A stretch of 62,952 bases of DNA from an uncultured Hyphomicrobiales bacterium (GTDB taxonomy: Bacteria; Pseudomonadota; Alphaproteobacteria; Rhizobiales; OSC116). The notes under the pieces were generated by a model. The model was not told the DNA's origin. It saw only the letters and a list, made by a program, of their open reading frames with translations, and made no database searches. Shown here piece by piece: positions 8,934 through 18,860 of the stretch. The position numbers were made by a program, and so were the translations under genes. Location: the NCBI GenBank assembly GCA_964531635.1, contig CAZHCZ010000003.1:1-62952 (forward strand), read 5' to 3'. Positions within the stretch are counted from its first letter, which is position 1, and every line of letters starts with the position of its first letter.

Positions 8934-10616
8934 ATGCTTACTTATTTTCAAAAACTACTGCATTTGCCGCGCGATATAAACCCGTTATGGCTACTCCCCG
9001 CAATTTTGTTGGCAATTATTCTTGTCGCGCCTATTTTAACTATTTTTAACATTGCCTTTTACCCCGAAGAAAATATCTGGCCACACCTTTATGCTACGGT
9101 GTTGGGTGGTTATATTTCGGACACATTGGTGCTAATAATAGGCGTGGGTGCAGCATGCTTATTCATTGGTGTTTCAACCGCATGGCTGGTAACTATGTAT
9201 AATTTCCCTGGAAGAAAGTTAGCCAGTTCGTTATTATTATTGCCGCTTGCAATGCCCTCTTATATTATTGCATATACTTATGTCGAGATTTTTGATTATT
9301 CGAATATTATTCAAACCAGCATTCGTGATATAGGTGGGTTTAACTCGGCTAGAGATTATTGGTTTTTTGAAATACGCTCAATGGGTGGGGCTATTTTTGT
9401 GCTGTCTATAGTGCTTTACCCTTATGTTTATTTAACCTCACGTGCGGCATTTTTACAGCAAAGTATTTGCATGTTAGAAGCCAGCCGTATGCTTGGTCAT
9501 ACAAATAATAGTACATTTTTTAAAATTGCCTTACCAATGGCGCGCCCAGCAATTTTTGTTGGGCTTATTCTTGCTTTGATGGAGACTTTAAACGATGTTG
9601 GTGCAGTAGAGTTTTTTGGCGTAGACACACTTACGGTTGGTATATATACAACTTGGCTTGGGCGCGGGAACTTAGGCGGAGGGGCGCAAATAGCGCTTAT
9701 ATTGCTTGGCTTTATATTTATACTAATTGTTATTGAAAAATGGGCAAGACGAGGAGCAGCTTATAACCATACAAGTCGTCAAATGCGCCCAATTAAACGT
9801 GTGAACTTAAACAAAAAATCTGCGTTTTGGGCTATGATTTTTTGCTATAGCCCCATTATTTTAGGGTTTTTATTCCCCGTAATTCAACTGATTTCAGACA
9901 GTTTGGAATTTGTCGATACAACCGATTATTCGGCATTTATTGGCTATGCTAAAAACTCGCTCATGCTTTCGGGCATCACCGCATTTTTTGCGATTATTAT
10001 CGCCTTGTTTTTAAGTTATAGCGAACGCGTTTTTAACGTAAAATTTATAGGCTGGGTGGCTAAACTTGCCAGTGTCGGCTATGCCATTCCGGGCGTTATT
10101 TTAGGCTTAGGCGTTTTTATTTTACTCATAAGTTTCGATGATTTTATTAGCCCCGCTTTAGAATATTTTGGCTATGAAAACGCAAGCAAACAAATGTTTC
10201 TCTCAGGTTCTATATTTGCGATTGTCTTTGCTTATTTGATACGGTTTTTAGCTGTTTCTTACGGCGCTATTGAAAGTGGATTTGGTAAAATACCGTTAAA
10301 TTATGACCATGCTGGTAAAAGCCTTGGGCATAGCAAATTGTCAATATTGCGCAAAGTTCATTTGCCACTTATTCGCCCTGCCCTTGCCACTGCACTCATT
10401 TTAACATTTATCGACAGTATGAAAGAGTTGCCCGCAACGCTTATTTTGCGCCCGTTTAATTTCAATACATTGGCAACCCATGTTTACGAAATTGCCAGTT
10501 TAGAAATTTTCGAAGAGGCGGCAATTGCCGCTTTATCCATCGTCGTCATTGGGCTTATCCCCGTATATTTACTAAGTCGCATGATGAAATTACCCGAATG
10601 GCGAGATGGGCATTAA
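8934..10616 (+). CDS. fbpB: Fe(3+) ABC transporter permease, fused double-domain (FbpB/AfuB family)
   Basis: 560 aa with two tandem ABC permease domains (about 12 TM), each carrying an EAA-like loop (LEASRMLGH..., DHAGKSLGH...). Confidence 0.8.
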   Translation: MLTYFQKLLHLPRDINPLWLLPAILLAIILVAPILTIFNIAFYPEENIWPHLYATVLGGYISDTLVLIIGVGAACLFIGVSTAWLVTMYNFPGRKLASSLLLLPLAMPSYIIAYTYVEIFDYSNIIQTSIRDIGGFNSARDYWFFEIRSMGGAIFVLSIVLYPYVYLTSRAAFLQQSICMLEASRMLGHTNNSTFFKIALPMARPAIFVGLILALMETLNDVGAVEFFGVDTLTVGIYTTWLGRGNLGGGAQIALILLGFIFILIVIEKWARRGAAYNHTSRQMRPIKRVNLNKKSAFWAMIFCYSPIILGFLFPVIQLISDSLEFVDTTDYSAFIGYAKNSLMLSGITAFFAIIIALFLSYSERVFNVKFIGWVAKLASVGYAIPGVILGLGVFILLISFDDFISPALEYFGYENASKQMFLSGSIFAIVFAYLIRFLAVSYGAIESGFGKIPLNYDHAGKSLGHSKLSILRKVHLPLIRPALATALILTFIDSMKELPATLILRPFNFNTLATHVYEIASLEIFEEAAIAALSIVVIGLIPVYLLSRMMKLPEWRDGH

Positions 10617-10677
10617 TTATGCCACAAAATTATGCTATACTAAAAATTATCTGATTCATTATAAAGGTGTTCATTAA

Positions 10678-12798
10678 ATGCGACGTATAATTTATGGTTT
10701 GGTATTCATTGTATTTTTGGTCATTGGCTCGGTGGCAGCACTGCCGTTATTGTTATCGTCCGATAAAGTTTGGGCAGAAATTTCACCTGTTTTAGAAAAA
10801 CAGACAGGGCGCAAAATATCGGTTTTAGGCGACAGAAAACTAACCCTATACCCCAATATAGCTTTAATTTTAGGCGATGTAAAAATTGGCAGTTCAATTG
10901 CAGATAGTAATTTGGTTACACTTAAAGAGCTGCGGGTTTCGGTTAACTTAATGTCACTTTTTGGTGGAAATATCGCAATAACCGAATTAGAGGTAAATAA
11001 TGCCGATATTAACTTAATACTCAATAAAGATGGAATAGGGAATTGGCAAACCGCACAAAACCCTACGAATGATGACCCATTAGGAGCATTGATTGAAAAC
11101 ACACTTAACGAAGAAACTGCCCCAAACTCACAACCCGCGACTGAGTTTGATTTAAAAAGTTTAAGCATTAAAAACTTCAAAATTAAAAATAGCCGTATAG
11201 TTTATTCCGACTTACAAAGCGGCACTGAGCAGAAGCTCGAAAATATTAATTTAGAAATTAACCTAAGCGAAAAAAATAAAAACCTTAGCATTAATGGCAA
11301 TGTCGATTGGCAAAAACAAAAAATAAACCTTGCCCTTAAAGATTTTGAATTTGCTAATTTTATCAGCAACCAAAAATCTGAATTAAATTTAAAAGTTAAA
11401 TCCAGCCTTATTTCCACGCAGGTTAATGCTATGCTAAGTGGTGGCGAAAATTTTGTTTTAGACGGTAAAATAAACCTTAACACCAACAGTATCCAACAAT
11501 TAACTCAGTGGCTTAATGTCGACTTATCCGATATTCACGACAGCGCAATAGGCTTTAATTCCAATATAAAAGTTACAAATGACATCATTCAATTGAGCAA
11601 TTATAACTTAACTGCTTTTGACGCAAAAGTTAATGGAACGCTAAATGTTGGAACAAAGGACATTCTGAATATTTATGGCAAAATGAATGTCGATAATTTA
11701 GATTATAATCGAATAATAATTACCAACAATGAAAACTCCGAAGAATGGAGCAATAAACCTATAAAGCTCGATATATTAGCCCAATTGAACAGCAATATTG
11801 AACTGGTTATTGGTACTGCAAAATATAAAAATGTTACAGCCAATAACCTTGCTGCTCAACTTGTTATTCGTGATTCTAAAGCTAATATCCCGTTTAAGCT
11901 TAGTGCGTTTGATGGCACAATTTCGGGCAATGTTAGTGCCAGTTTAGGCAAAACGACAAATCATATAGGTGCTAAAATTATCGCGCAAAATATTAAGGCA
12001 GGCAATGCACTTAAAGATTTAGATATTACCGACAAATTAAGTGGCACAACAAACTTTAACAGCGAAATCAGCAGCTCGGGAAACTCCACACGACAATTTA
12101 TAAACAACCTAAAAGGGCATGGCAACGTAGAAATGCTTAATGGTATTATCGAAGGCATTGCAATTGCCGATGCGCTTGCCCCCGAAATTGCAAATATTGA
12201 TTTGTCATTAAACAATCCAGAAAAGCTTATAGAGTTTGGCTTACAAGCGGGCAAAAACATCACCACAAAAATGTCGAGTAATTTTAACAATAGCACGGGC
12301 GATGCCCAGCAAACAAAATTTGTTAAAGCCACTATGAGCTATGTTATTAATAAGGGGCAACTCGACAATACAGACCTTCAAATAAATTCTGAAAGCATTG
12401 TTATTCGAGGTGCGGGTAACGTAGACCTCGCTAATAAATCGCTTAATTACCGAATTATTCCTAATGTCGTGCGTAAAAACGAGCAAGGCAGTACCGAAAG
12501 AATGACCATTCCTGTATTGATAACAGGCAAATGGAACAACCCTAAAATCGAAGTCGATTATGCCTATGCTATTGATAATAGCAGTACAATAAGCAATATC
12601 CGAAAGAAAGCTGTCGAAAAAATTACCAATAAAATCACCAAGAAAGTCGGTGATAAAGTTATCAACAAGGTTAAACAAGCCGTTGGCGATGAATTGGGCA
12701 AAGTAATTGGTGATGAGCTTAATAAAAACATTACCGACCAAATCGGCAATCTTTTTGGTCTAGCCCCACAAGAAAAAACAGAAGCAGTGTCCGAATAA
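10678..12798 (+). CDS. AsmA-family outer-membrane biogenesis protein
   Basis: 706 aa. N-terminal anchor, then a long low-complexity beta-rich region (LTLYPNIALILGDVKIG..., repeated N/S/T-rich segments). The C-terminal part is typical of AsmA/AsmA_2 domains. Confidence 0.7.
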   Translation: MRRIIYGLVFIVFLVIGSVAALPLLLSSDKVWAEISPVLEKQTGRKISVLGDRKLTLYPNIALILGDVKIGSSIADSNLVTLKELRVSVNLMSLFGGNIAITELEVNNADINLILNKDGIGNWQTAQNPTNDDPLGALIENTLNEETAPNSQPATEFDLKSLSIKNFKIKNSRIVYSDLQSGTEQKLENINLEINLSEKNKNLSINGNVDWQKQKINLALKDFEFANFISNQKSELNLKVKSSLISTQVNAMLSGGENFVLDGKINLNTNSIQQLTQWLNVDLSDIHDSAIGFNSNIKVTNDIIQLSNYNLTAFDAKVNGTLNVGTKDILNIYGKMNVDNLDYNRIIITNNENSEEWSNKPIKLDILAQLNSNIELVIGTAKYKNVTANNLAAQLVIRDSKANIPFKLSAFDGTISGNVSASLGKTTNHIGAKIIAQNIKAGNALKDLDITDKLSGTTNFNSEISSSGNSTRQFINNLKGHGNVEMLNGIIEGIAIADALAPEIANIDLSLNNPEKLIEFGLQAGKNITTKMSSNFNNSTGDAQQTKFVKATMSYVINKGQLDNTDLQINSESIVIRGAGNVDLANKSLNYRIIPNVVRKNEQGSTERMTIPVLITGKWNNPKIEVDYAYAIDNSSTISNIRKKAVEKITNKITKKVGDKVINKVKQAVGDELGKVIGDELNKNITDQIGNLFGLAPQEKTEAVSE

Positions 12799-13761
12799 CT
12801 AGATAAACACGCCCAACGGTAATAATAATACGACCAGTATAACCAGTCCGATAACATAAAATTTTAGGGCTTGTTTAATGTCGGCACGGTGTAATATTTT
12901 ACGCCCGTCTTCGTTCATCCAAACGCCGTCTAGTTGTTCGCCACCATAAAATCGCGGTCCGCCCAAGGCGATATTCATTATAACCGCCATCGAAGCCTCT
13001 GCCCAACCCGCATTGGGCGAAGCATGGCGCACGGCATCTTGCCATAAACATGCCCATAATTGTTTAGCGCGCCCAAAACCTTCGCCCAATAATGCCATAA
13101 TTAAAAATAAAAATGCGGTAATTCGCGCAGGAATATAGTTTAAAATATCATCACTCAAAGCCGATGCCCGCCCAAAATGAATATATTTAAAACTTTTATG
13201 CCCAAGCATACTGTCGGCAGTATTAATTGTTTTATAAGCGATTAACGCAGGCAAACCACCGACTAAATACCAAAATATTGGAGCAACCACACCGTCGGAC
13301 ATATTTTCAGATAAGCTCTCAATCGCCGCCCGAGTAACAGTGATTTCAGACATTTTCGTAACATCTCGCCCGACTATTTTTGCCACCGCCGCCTTGCCCT
13401 CGTTTAGCCCTTGATTTAGCGCAAAATAGACATCTTTCACATGCACATAAAGCGACCTTATGGCTAAGAATAACGAAATTATAAATATTTTTAACGGCAG
13501 TAAAAATATTGACAATGCCAGTAAATATTCCAATACAACACCAATAATTAAGGCGAATATAAACAATGTTATCATAACTATATAGCCACGAATTATTAAG
13601 CTGGCTTTACCGCGCTTCCAATTGTTAAAACTTTTATCAAAAAAGCCAATAAGCTTGCCGATATAAACTATGGGGTGAGAAACATATTTAAACAGCCATT
13701 TTGGGTCGCCTATAGCAATGTCCAAAATCATAGCGGCGATAATTATATAAACCACGCTCAT
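12799..13761 (-). CDS. cbiB: Adenosylcobinamide-phosphate synthase (CbiB; CobD in P. denitrificans nomenclature)
   Basis: 320-aa membrane protein. The N-terminus ILDIAIGDPKWLFKYVSHPIVYIGKLI is the CbiB signature (..GDP......HPV...G..I). Confidence 0.85.
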   Translation of the reverse strand: MSVVYIIIAAMILDIAIGDPKWLFKYVSHPIVYIGKLIGFFDKSFNNWKRGKASLIIRGYIVMITLFIFALIIGVVLEYLLALSIFLLPLKIFIISLFLAIRSLYVHVKDVYFALNQGLNEGKAAVAKIVGRDVTKMSEITVTRAAIESLSENMSDGVVAPIFWYLVGGLPALIAYKTINTADSMLGHKSFKYIHFGRASALSDDILNYIPARITAFLFLIMALLGEGFGRAKQLWACLWQDAVRHASPNAGWAEASMAVIMNIALGGPRFYGGEQLDGVWMNEDGRKILHRADIKQALKFYVIGLVILVVLLLPLGVFI

Positions 13762-14753
13762 AAGTTAAGCTCCAAATTTATACTGTTAAGCACCTGCGCC
13801 AAATGGGGTAGCCTTTTGGGGGTTGCCAAACCAAACCGTAAAATTGTTGGGTTTTGGCTAAATTTACGGACAAGTATATGCTTATTTGCCAATTTATCAA
13901 AATACTTATGTGCATGAGGGGTAAAAACCAAACAAAATAAGTGGGTTGAACCTATAATTTTAAACTTATTTTCAATCAAAACATCTTGCATATTTTGCAT
14001 ATCGGATTTAAGTTTTTTACGCATATTTGTTTGCCATATTAAATCACTTAATGCCTGAGTTGCAACATCTATCGACGCGCCCGATACCGCCCACAAAGCA
14101 ATATAACTTTGCATTTTGTTTAATAACATCGGGTTAGCCAACATAAAACCAATCCGCGCACCACCCAGCCCAAAAAATTTACCAAATGAACGTAAAATAA
14201 TTAAATTATCGAGTTTAGCTGCCGCCATACTCATCTCTGGCGTAATGTCCATAAACGCCTCATCTATTATTAGCATACCTTTTTGCCGTTTAGCGCATTG
14301 GTATAATTGCTCAGGCGTATATAATTTCCCTGTCGGGTTGTTGGGGTTAACAATCAACAAATGTTCGGCTTTACTAGCCTCATCTAAATTTTCAATACAA
14401 AAAACTTCATGCCCACATTTTTTCCAATTGTGGCTGTGTTCTTCATAAGTTGGCGATACTATAGCAATGCTCGACTTGGCTAAAATACGCGGTAAATTTT
14501 CAATAAATATTTGTGTGCCATTAGCAACTATAAGTTCCCTGCCCTCACAATTATAGGCAATTTGAGCAGCCTTAATTAAATTGTCTATTGCCAACCTTTG
14601 CGGCAACTGTGTCCACGATAAATCCGATATGTTTGTAATGGGGTAAGCATAAGGGTTTATACCTGTCGACAGGTCTAGCCAATCATCGGCTTCACCGCCA
14701 TATTGAGCGATAGCATCATCAAGTGCACCGCCATGATATAAGGAGTTATTCAT
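13758..14753 (-). CDS. cobC: L-threonine-O-3-phosphate decarboxylase (CobD Salmonella / CobC P. denitrificans), class I/II aminotransferase fold
   Basis: 331 aa. YHGGALDDAIAQYGG...WLDLSTGINP start and IVNPNNPTG motif. It lies between cbiB and cobB with 4-nt and 8-nt overlaps. Confidence 0.75.
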   Translation of the reverse strand: MNNSLYHGGALDDAIAQYGGEADDWLDLSTGINPYAYPITNISDLSWTQLPQRLAIDNLIKAAQIAYNCEGRELIVANGTQIFIENLPRILAKSSIAIVSPTYEEHSHNWKKCGHEVFCIENLDEASKAEHLLIVNPNNPTGKLYTPEQLYQCAKRQKGMLIIDEAFMDITPEMSMAAAKLDNLIILRSFGKFFGLGGARIGFMLANPMLLNKMQSYIALWAVSGASIDVATQALSDLIWQTNMRKKLKSDMQNMQDVLIENKFKIIGSTHLFCLVFTPHAHKYFDKLANKHILVRKFSQNPTILRFGLATPKRLPHLAQVLNSINLELNL

Positions 14754-16044
14754 CGCCCCTCACATCTATAATATGCGCGTATGAGCCCATAATTTTACCA
14801 TCTTGCAAGCCCATATCGGGATGGGTTTCACCCTGTGCATCGCAGGCTTTAAACAAAGGTTCGCCAGTGGCTTTAGTCGTTTGGGTATAATGAAACTCAT
14901 GTCCGTTCAAATTTTTTGACCATGGCAATTGGCTGTCATGTTGCAATTGCCGATAACCCAATTGGCGTTTTGGGTTAGCAAAACTGGTGGTTAAATCCAA
15001 CAAATCAAACATTTTGTGGGCGACGCCATCTTTGTCGATTATAGCCTTGCCCATAACCATATACCCCCCACATTCGCCGTAAATTAAAGCCCCTTGTTTG
15101 CCAAGCTGTTTAAGGCGGGTACGCAGTTTATCTTTGCCCGAAAGTTCACCCGCAAAAAGCTCAGGATATCCACCCGCAAAAAATACGGCATCAACATCAA
15201 GAGCAGGAATTTGGTTGTTTAATGGCGAAAAGAAACTTATTTCAGCACCAGCCTTGTGCCATTGTTCGGAAATATGGGGGTATATAAAGTTAAATGCCGC
15301 ATCTTTGGCTATGGCTATTTTTTGCCCCAAAGGCGGCAAACTAAAAGCTGTGTTTTTTTCGAGATTCGTAAAAAAATTCGCCTTGCTTGCGAGCAAACGC
15401 ATGTCTAAATTCTGGCAAATATAACGTGCGGCTTTATCAATAAAGCTTTCAAAGCCGTGCATTTCATCAGCATGGACTAACCCCAAATGGCGTGAAGGCA
15501 AAACCATGTCTGCATGGCGCGGCAAGCAACCAATTACATCTATATTTAACTCTTTAACCGCAGCGCGGAGCATTTTTTCATGTCGCATTGTGCCAATATT
15601 ATTAAATATTATACCCGCTATTTTTATATCCGCACGGTAGCTTGCAAAGCCGTGAACTAAAGCGGCAACACTCTGCCCCATAGCACCCGCATCGACCACT
15701 AATATTACGGGTAAGCCGAGTTTAACCGCAACATCGGCTGTGCTGCCAACACCCGATATTGACCCATCAAACAACCCCAACACACCCTCAATAATTGCCA
15801 TATCAGCATTACTCAAATGCTTAGCAACCATAGAAAGGGTAGAGGGTTGCATTGCCCATAAATCATAATTATAACAGATGCCATCTATCGCCTTAGCATG
15901 AAAAGCAGGGTCGATATAATCAGGGCCAACTTTAGCGGCTGCCATTGTTAAACCTTGCTGTTTAAGCGCACGCAAAATAGCCATAGTAATTAGCGATTTA
16001 CCCGCACCCGAATGTGTCGCCGCTATAACCATGCCCTTACCCAT
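14746..16044 (-). CDS. cobB: Cobyrinic acid (hydrogenobyrinic acid) a,c-diamide synthase CobB/CbiA
   Basis: N-terminus MGKGMVIAATHSGAGKS (P-loop-like), GPDYIDP, and a C-terminal GATase with GECGGYM. The ORF opens at 16071. In-frame ATGs at 16071/16056/16050/16044/16032 cannot be resolved by eye. Confidence 0.85.
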   Translation of the reverse strand: MGKGMVIAATHSGAGKSLITMAILRALKQQGLTMAAAKVGPDYIDPAFHAKAIDGICYNYDLWAMQPSTLSMVAKHLSNADMAIIEGVLGLFDGSISGVGSTADVAVKLGLPVILVVDAGAMGQSVAALVHGFASYRADIKIAGIIFNNIGTMRHEKMLRAAVKELNIDVIGCLPRHADMVLPSRHLGLVHADEMHGFESFIDKAARYICQNLDMRLLASKANFFTNLEKNTAFSLPPLGQKIAIAKDAAFNFIYPHISEQWHKAGAEISFFSPLNNQIPALDVDAVFFAGGYPELFAGELSGKDKLRTRLKQLGKQGALIYGECGGYMVMGKAIIDKDGVAHKMFDLLDLTTSFANPKRQLGYRQLQHDSQLPWSKNLNGHEFHYTQTTKATGEPLFKACDAQGETHPDMGLQDGKIMGSYAHIIDVRGDE

Positions 16045-16858
16045 AATCATGCCCATAAAATGGCAAAGCATGCGCTAAAACTTGTTCACGCAAGGCAACA
16101 TTACCGCCAATAATTATTATAGCAGGCGGCGTAATTTTGTGGCGGTCTATACAATTCACAATGTCCGATAAATGGCTTACCCAAACCTGCTGATCAGGCA
16201 GTGTGGCGTTACGAATAATGGCAATAGGCTCATTAGCTTCACGCCCCGCGTCCATTAAATTCTTACATATTTCATTAATATTTTTTAACGCCATATACAT
16301 AACAATACTTTGCGAACCTTTTGCCAAGGCGTGCCAATTTATAGCACTCGGAATAATACCTTTAGCATCATGTCCCGTTAAAAATGTTATCGACTGGTTG
16401 GTTTCTCGCGTGGTCGCAGGAATATGAGCAAAAGCCAAACCGCCTATGCCTGCGGTAACCCCGGGTATGGCTAAAAATTTTATATCGGCTTTTGCCAATG
16501 CCGCAGCTTCCTCGCCACCGCGCCCAAAAATAAACGGGTCGCCGCCTTTTAGGCGCAATACACGTTTGCCTTGCTTGGCGTATTTTATAATGGATTCAGT
16601 AATATTTTGTTGAGTGGCAGATGGTTTACCACCGCGCTTGCCTGCATAAACCACTTCAGCATCTTTACGCGCAAATTGCAAAAAACCTTTGTTGACCAAA
16701 GCATCATAAACAATTACATCGGCTTGTTTTAACGCAAATAAGCCCATAACACTAATAAGCCCAACATGCCCAGGCCCCGCACCAACCAACCATACCGACG
16801 ATGGCGGAAATGGCGGCATATACTGGTTTAAAATTTTTATATCAGAATCATTAATCAT
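16037..16858 (-). CDS. cobA: Uroporphyrinogen-III C-methyltransferase (SUMT, CobA); methyltransferase domain only
   Basis: 273 aa. VWLVGAGPGHVGLISVMGLFALKQADVIVYDALV and GGDPFIFGRGGEE motifs. No CysG-type dehydrogenase/chelatase N-domain. Confidence 0.85.
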   Translation of the reverse strand: MINDSDIKILNQYMPPFPPSSVWLVGAGPGHVGLISVMGLFALKQADVIVYDALVNKGFLQFARKDAEVVYAGKRGGKPSATQQNITESIIKYAKQGKRVLRLKGGDPFIFGRGGEEAAALAKADIKFLAIPGVTAGIGGLAFAHIPATTRETNQSITFLTGHDAKGIIPSAINWHALAKGSQSIVMYMALKNINEICKNLMDAGREANEPIAIIRNATLPDQQVWVSHLSDIVNCIDRHKITPPAIIIIGGNVALREQVLAHALPFYGHDYG

Positions 16859-16905
16859 TTTGCCAACTTATGCTATCATAGCTTGATTTGCTATAGAGAA
16901 AATAA

Positions 16906-18009
16906 ATGAACATTAAGTCAAAACAAAAAATAAGCCCATTGCGGCGCGGGTGGACAACAGGGGCATGTGCCACTGCCGCCACCAAAGCGGCTTATATCGC
17001 ATTATTAAGTGGTAATTTTACCGACCCTATAGCAATTAACTTGCCCAAAGGCGAGAACCCGAGCTTTGCATTGGCACTAGAAGGTTTAGGGCAAGACAAT
17101 AACGGAAAATACGCCCAAGCCGCAATAATTAAAGACGCAGGCGACGACCCAGATGTTACGCACGGGGCATTAATTATTGTCGAAATTCGCCATAGCTCAG
17201 CACAAAGCGGCATAAGCTTTAAAGCAGGCGATGGAGTCGGCATGGTAACGCGCAAAGGCTTGCCTATTGAAGTCGGACAAGCCGCTATTAACCCAGTCCC
17301 TCGCCAAATGATGCAAGACGTTATTACCGAAATTGCCCAAAAATATCAGGTAAGCCCAGATGTCGAAATTACGATTTCTATTCCCGATGGCAACCAAATT
17401 GCTCAACAAACATGGAATCCCCGCCTCGGCATTATTGGCGGCTTGTCTATTCTAGGCACAACAGGAATAGTACATCCTTTTTCTTGCTCAGCGTGGATTG
17501 CGTCTATCCACCAAGGCATTAATGTCGCACAGGCGGCAGGTCTTAAACATGTTGCTGGCAGCACAGGTAGCATGAGTGAAAAGGCCGTTAAAAACCACCA
17601 TAATTTAGGCGACATTGCGCTCATTGACATGGGCGATTTTGCAGGCGGAATGCTAAAACATTTGCGCAACAACCCAATTGAAAGAGTAACAGTCTCAGGT
17701 GGTTTTGCAAAAATGTGTAAGCTGGCAATGGGCTTTGCCGATTTACATTCAGGCCGCTCACAAGTAGATTTTAATTGGCTGGCAGAGCAGTTTAAATTAT
17801 TAGACGCATCACCAACATTGCAAGAAAAAGTAAAAACCGCCAACACAGCGTTAGAATGTTTAAACTTAGCCCACGATAATAATATAAAAATCGCACTTCA
17901 TATTGCAAAACTAGCCCAAGTTACCGCACAAAAAATCAACAGGGATAATGCTAAAATAGATATATTAATTTGCAATCGCAATGGCGATATTATCGCGCAT
18001 AAGGAATGA
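16906..18009 (+). CDS. cbiD: Cobalt-precorrin-5B (C1)-methyltransferase CbiD
   Basis: 367 aa. LRRGWTTGACATAATKAAY N-terminal signature of CbiD. Confidence 0.85.
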   Translation: MNIKSKQKISPLRRGWTTGACATAATKAAYIALLSGNFTDPIAINLPKGENPSFALALEGLGQDNNGKYAQAAIIKDAGDDPDVTHGALIIVEIRHSSAQSGISFKAGDGVGMVTRKGLPIEVGQAAINPVPRQMMQDVITEIAQKYQVSPDVEITISIPDGNQIAQQTWNPRLGIIGGLSILGTTGIVHPFSCSAWIASIHQGINVAQAAGLKHVAGSTGSMSEKAVKNHHNLGDIALIDMGDFAGGMLKHLRNNPIERVTVSGGFAKMCKLAMGFADLHSGRSQVDFNWLAEQFKLLDASPTLQEKVKTANTALECLNLAHDNNIKIALHIAKLAQVTAQKINRDNAKIDILICNRNGDIIAHKE

Positions 18010-18010
18010 T

Positions 18011-18727
18011 ATGGAAAATATTTTAATTTTAGGCGGTACAAAAAATGCACGGTTTTTAGCCGAAAAACTAAGCGCAAATTACAAGATAATTTATTCGGTA
18101 GCAGGGCGAACACAAGCCGCCATATTGCCAAAAAATTGCACGCAAATTTCAGGCGGGTTTGGCGGAGTAGAAGGGCTTAAAAACTATTTACTCAACCATG
18201 AAATCACCCTTTGTATCGACGCCACACACCCTTTTGCAAAAAACATAACTCACAATATAGTCGCCGCTTGCACCGATATAAAAACCCCAACAATTCAATA
18301 TGCCCGCAAGCCGTGGGTTGGCAATTTTACGCAATTTAAAAACAGCGATATACTTATAAAATCCATACCCAAAAATGCTCGAGTTTTTCTAACAATCGGC
18401 AGCAAAAACATTAAAAACTATTTACCCGTCAAACAAATAACTGCTGCACGAATGATTGAAAAACCAAATCTCAACACTGATTTTGAAATTATTTTAGCCC
18501 GCCCACCCTTTAGCCTAGATGATGAAATAAACCTTATGCAAACCCGCTCCATCACGCACCTAGTTTGCAAAAATAGTGGAGGCGACATTCACGATAATAA
18601 ATTACGCGCAGCACAAAAATTGAAAATAAAAATCCTAATGATAGAACAACCCACCTCTCCCCATAAAATACAATTTTTTTCGGCAGTAGAAATTGAAAGC
18701 TATTTACATTTGCAAAATAAACTTTAA
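18011..18727 (+). CDS. cobK: Precorrin-6A / cobalt-precorrin-6A reductase CobK/CbiJ
   Basis: The ORF opens at 17981, but ATG 18011 directly follows the cbiD stop (18007-18009). MENILILGGTKNARFLAEKL and IDATHPFA motifs. Confidence 0.8.
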   Translation: MENILILGGTKNARFLAEKLSANYKIIYSVAGRTQAAILPKNCTQISGGFGGVEGLKNYLLNHEITLCIDATHPFAKNITHNIVAACTDIKTPTIQYARKPWVGNFTQFKNSDILIKSIPKNARVFLTIGSKNIKNYLPVKQITAARMIEKPNLNTDFEIILARPPFSLDDEINLMQTRSITHLVCKNSGGDIHDNKLRAAQKLKIKILMIEQPTSPHKIQFFSAVEIESYLHLQNKL

Positions 18728-18860
18728 ACTTAAACCATCACGGTGTCGTCTTGATACGACTGAAAATAACTTTACTGCAATCGACCCAAATCGGGGGTTT
18801 ATGTAAAAGCTGTTGGATACGCATTTTGCGGCGCCTCGTTATAATTTTAAGGTGCGTTTT

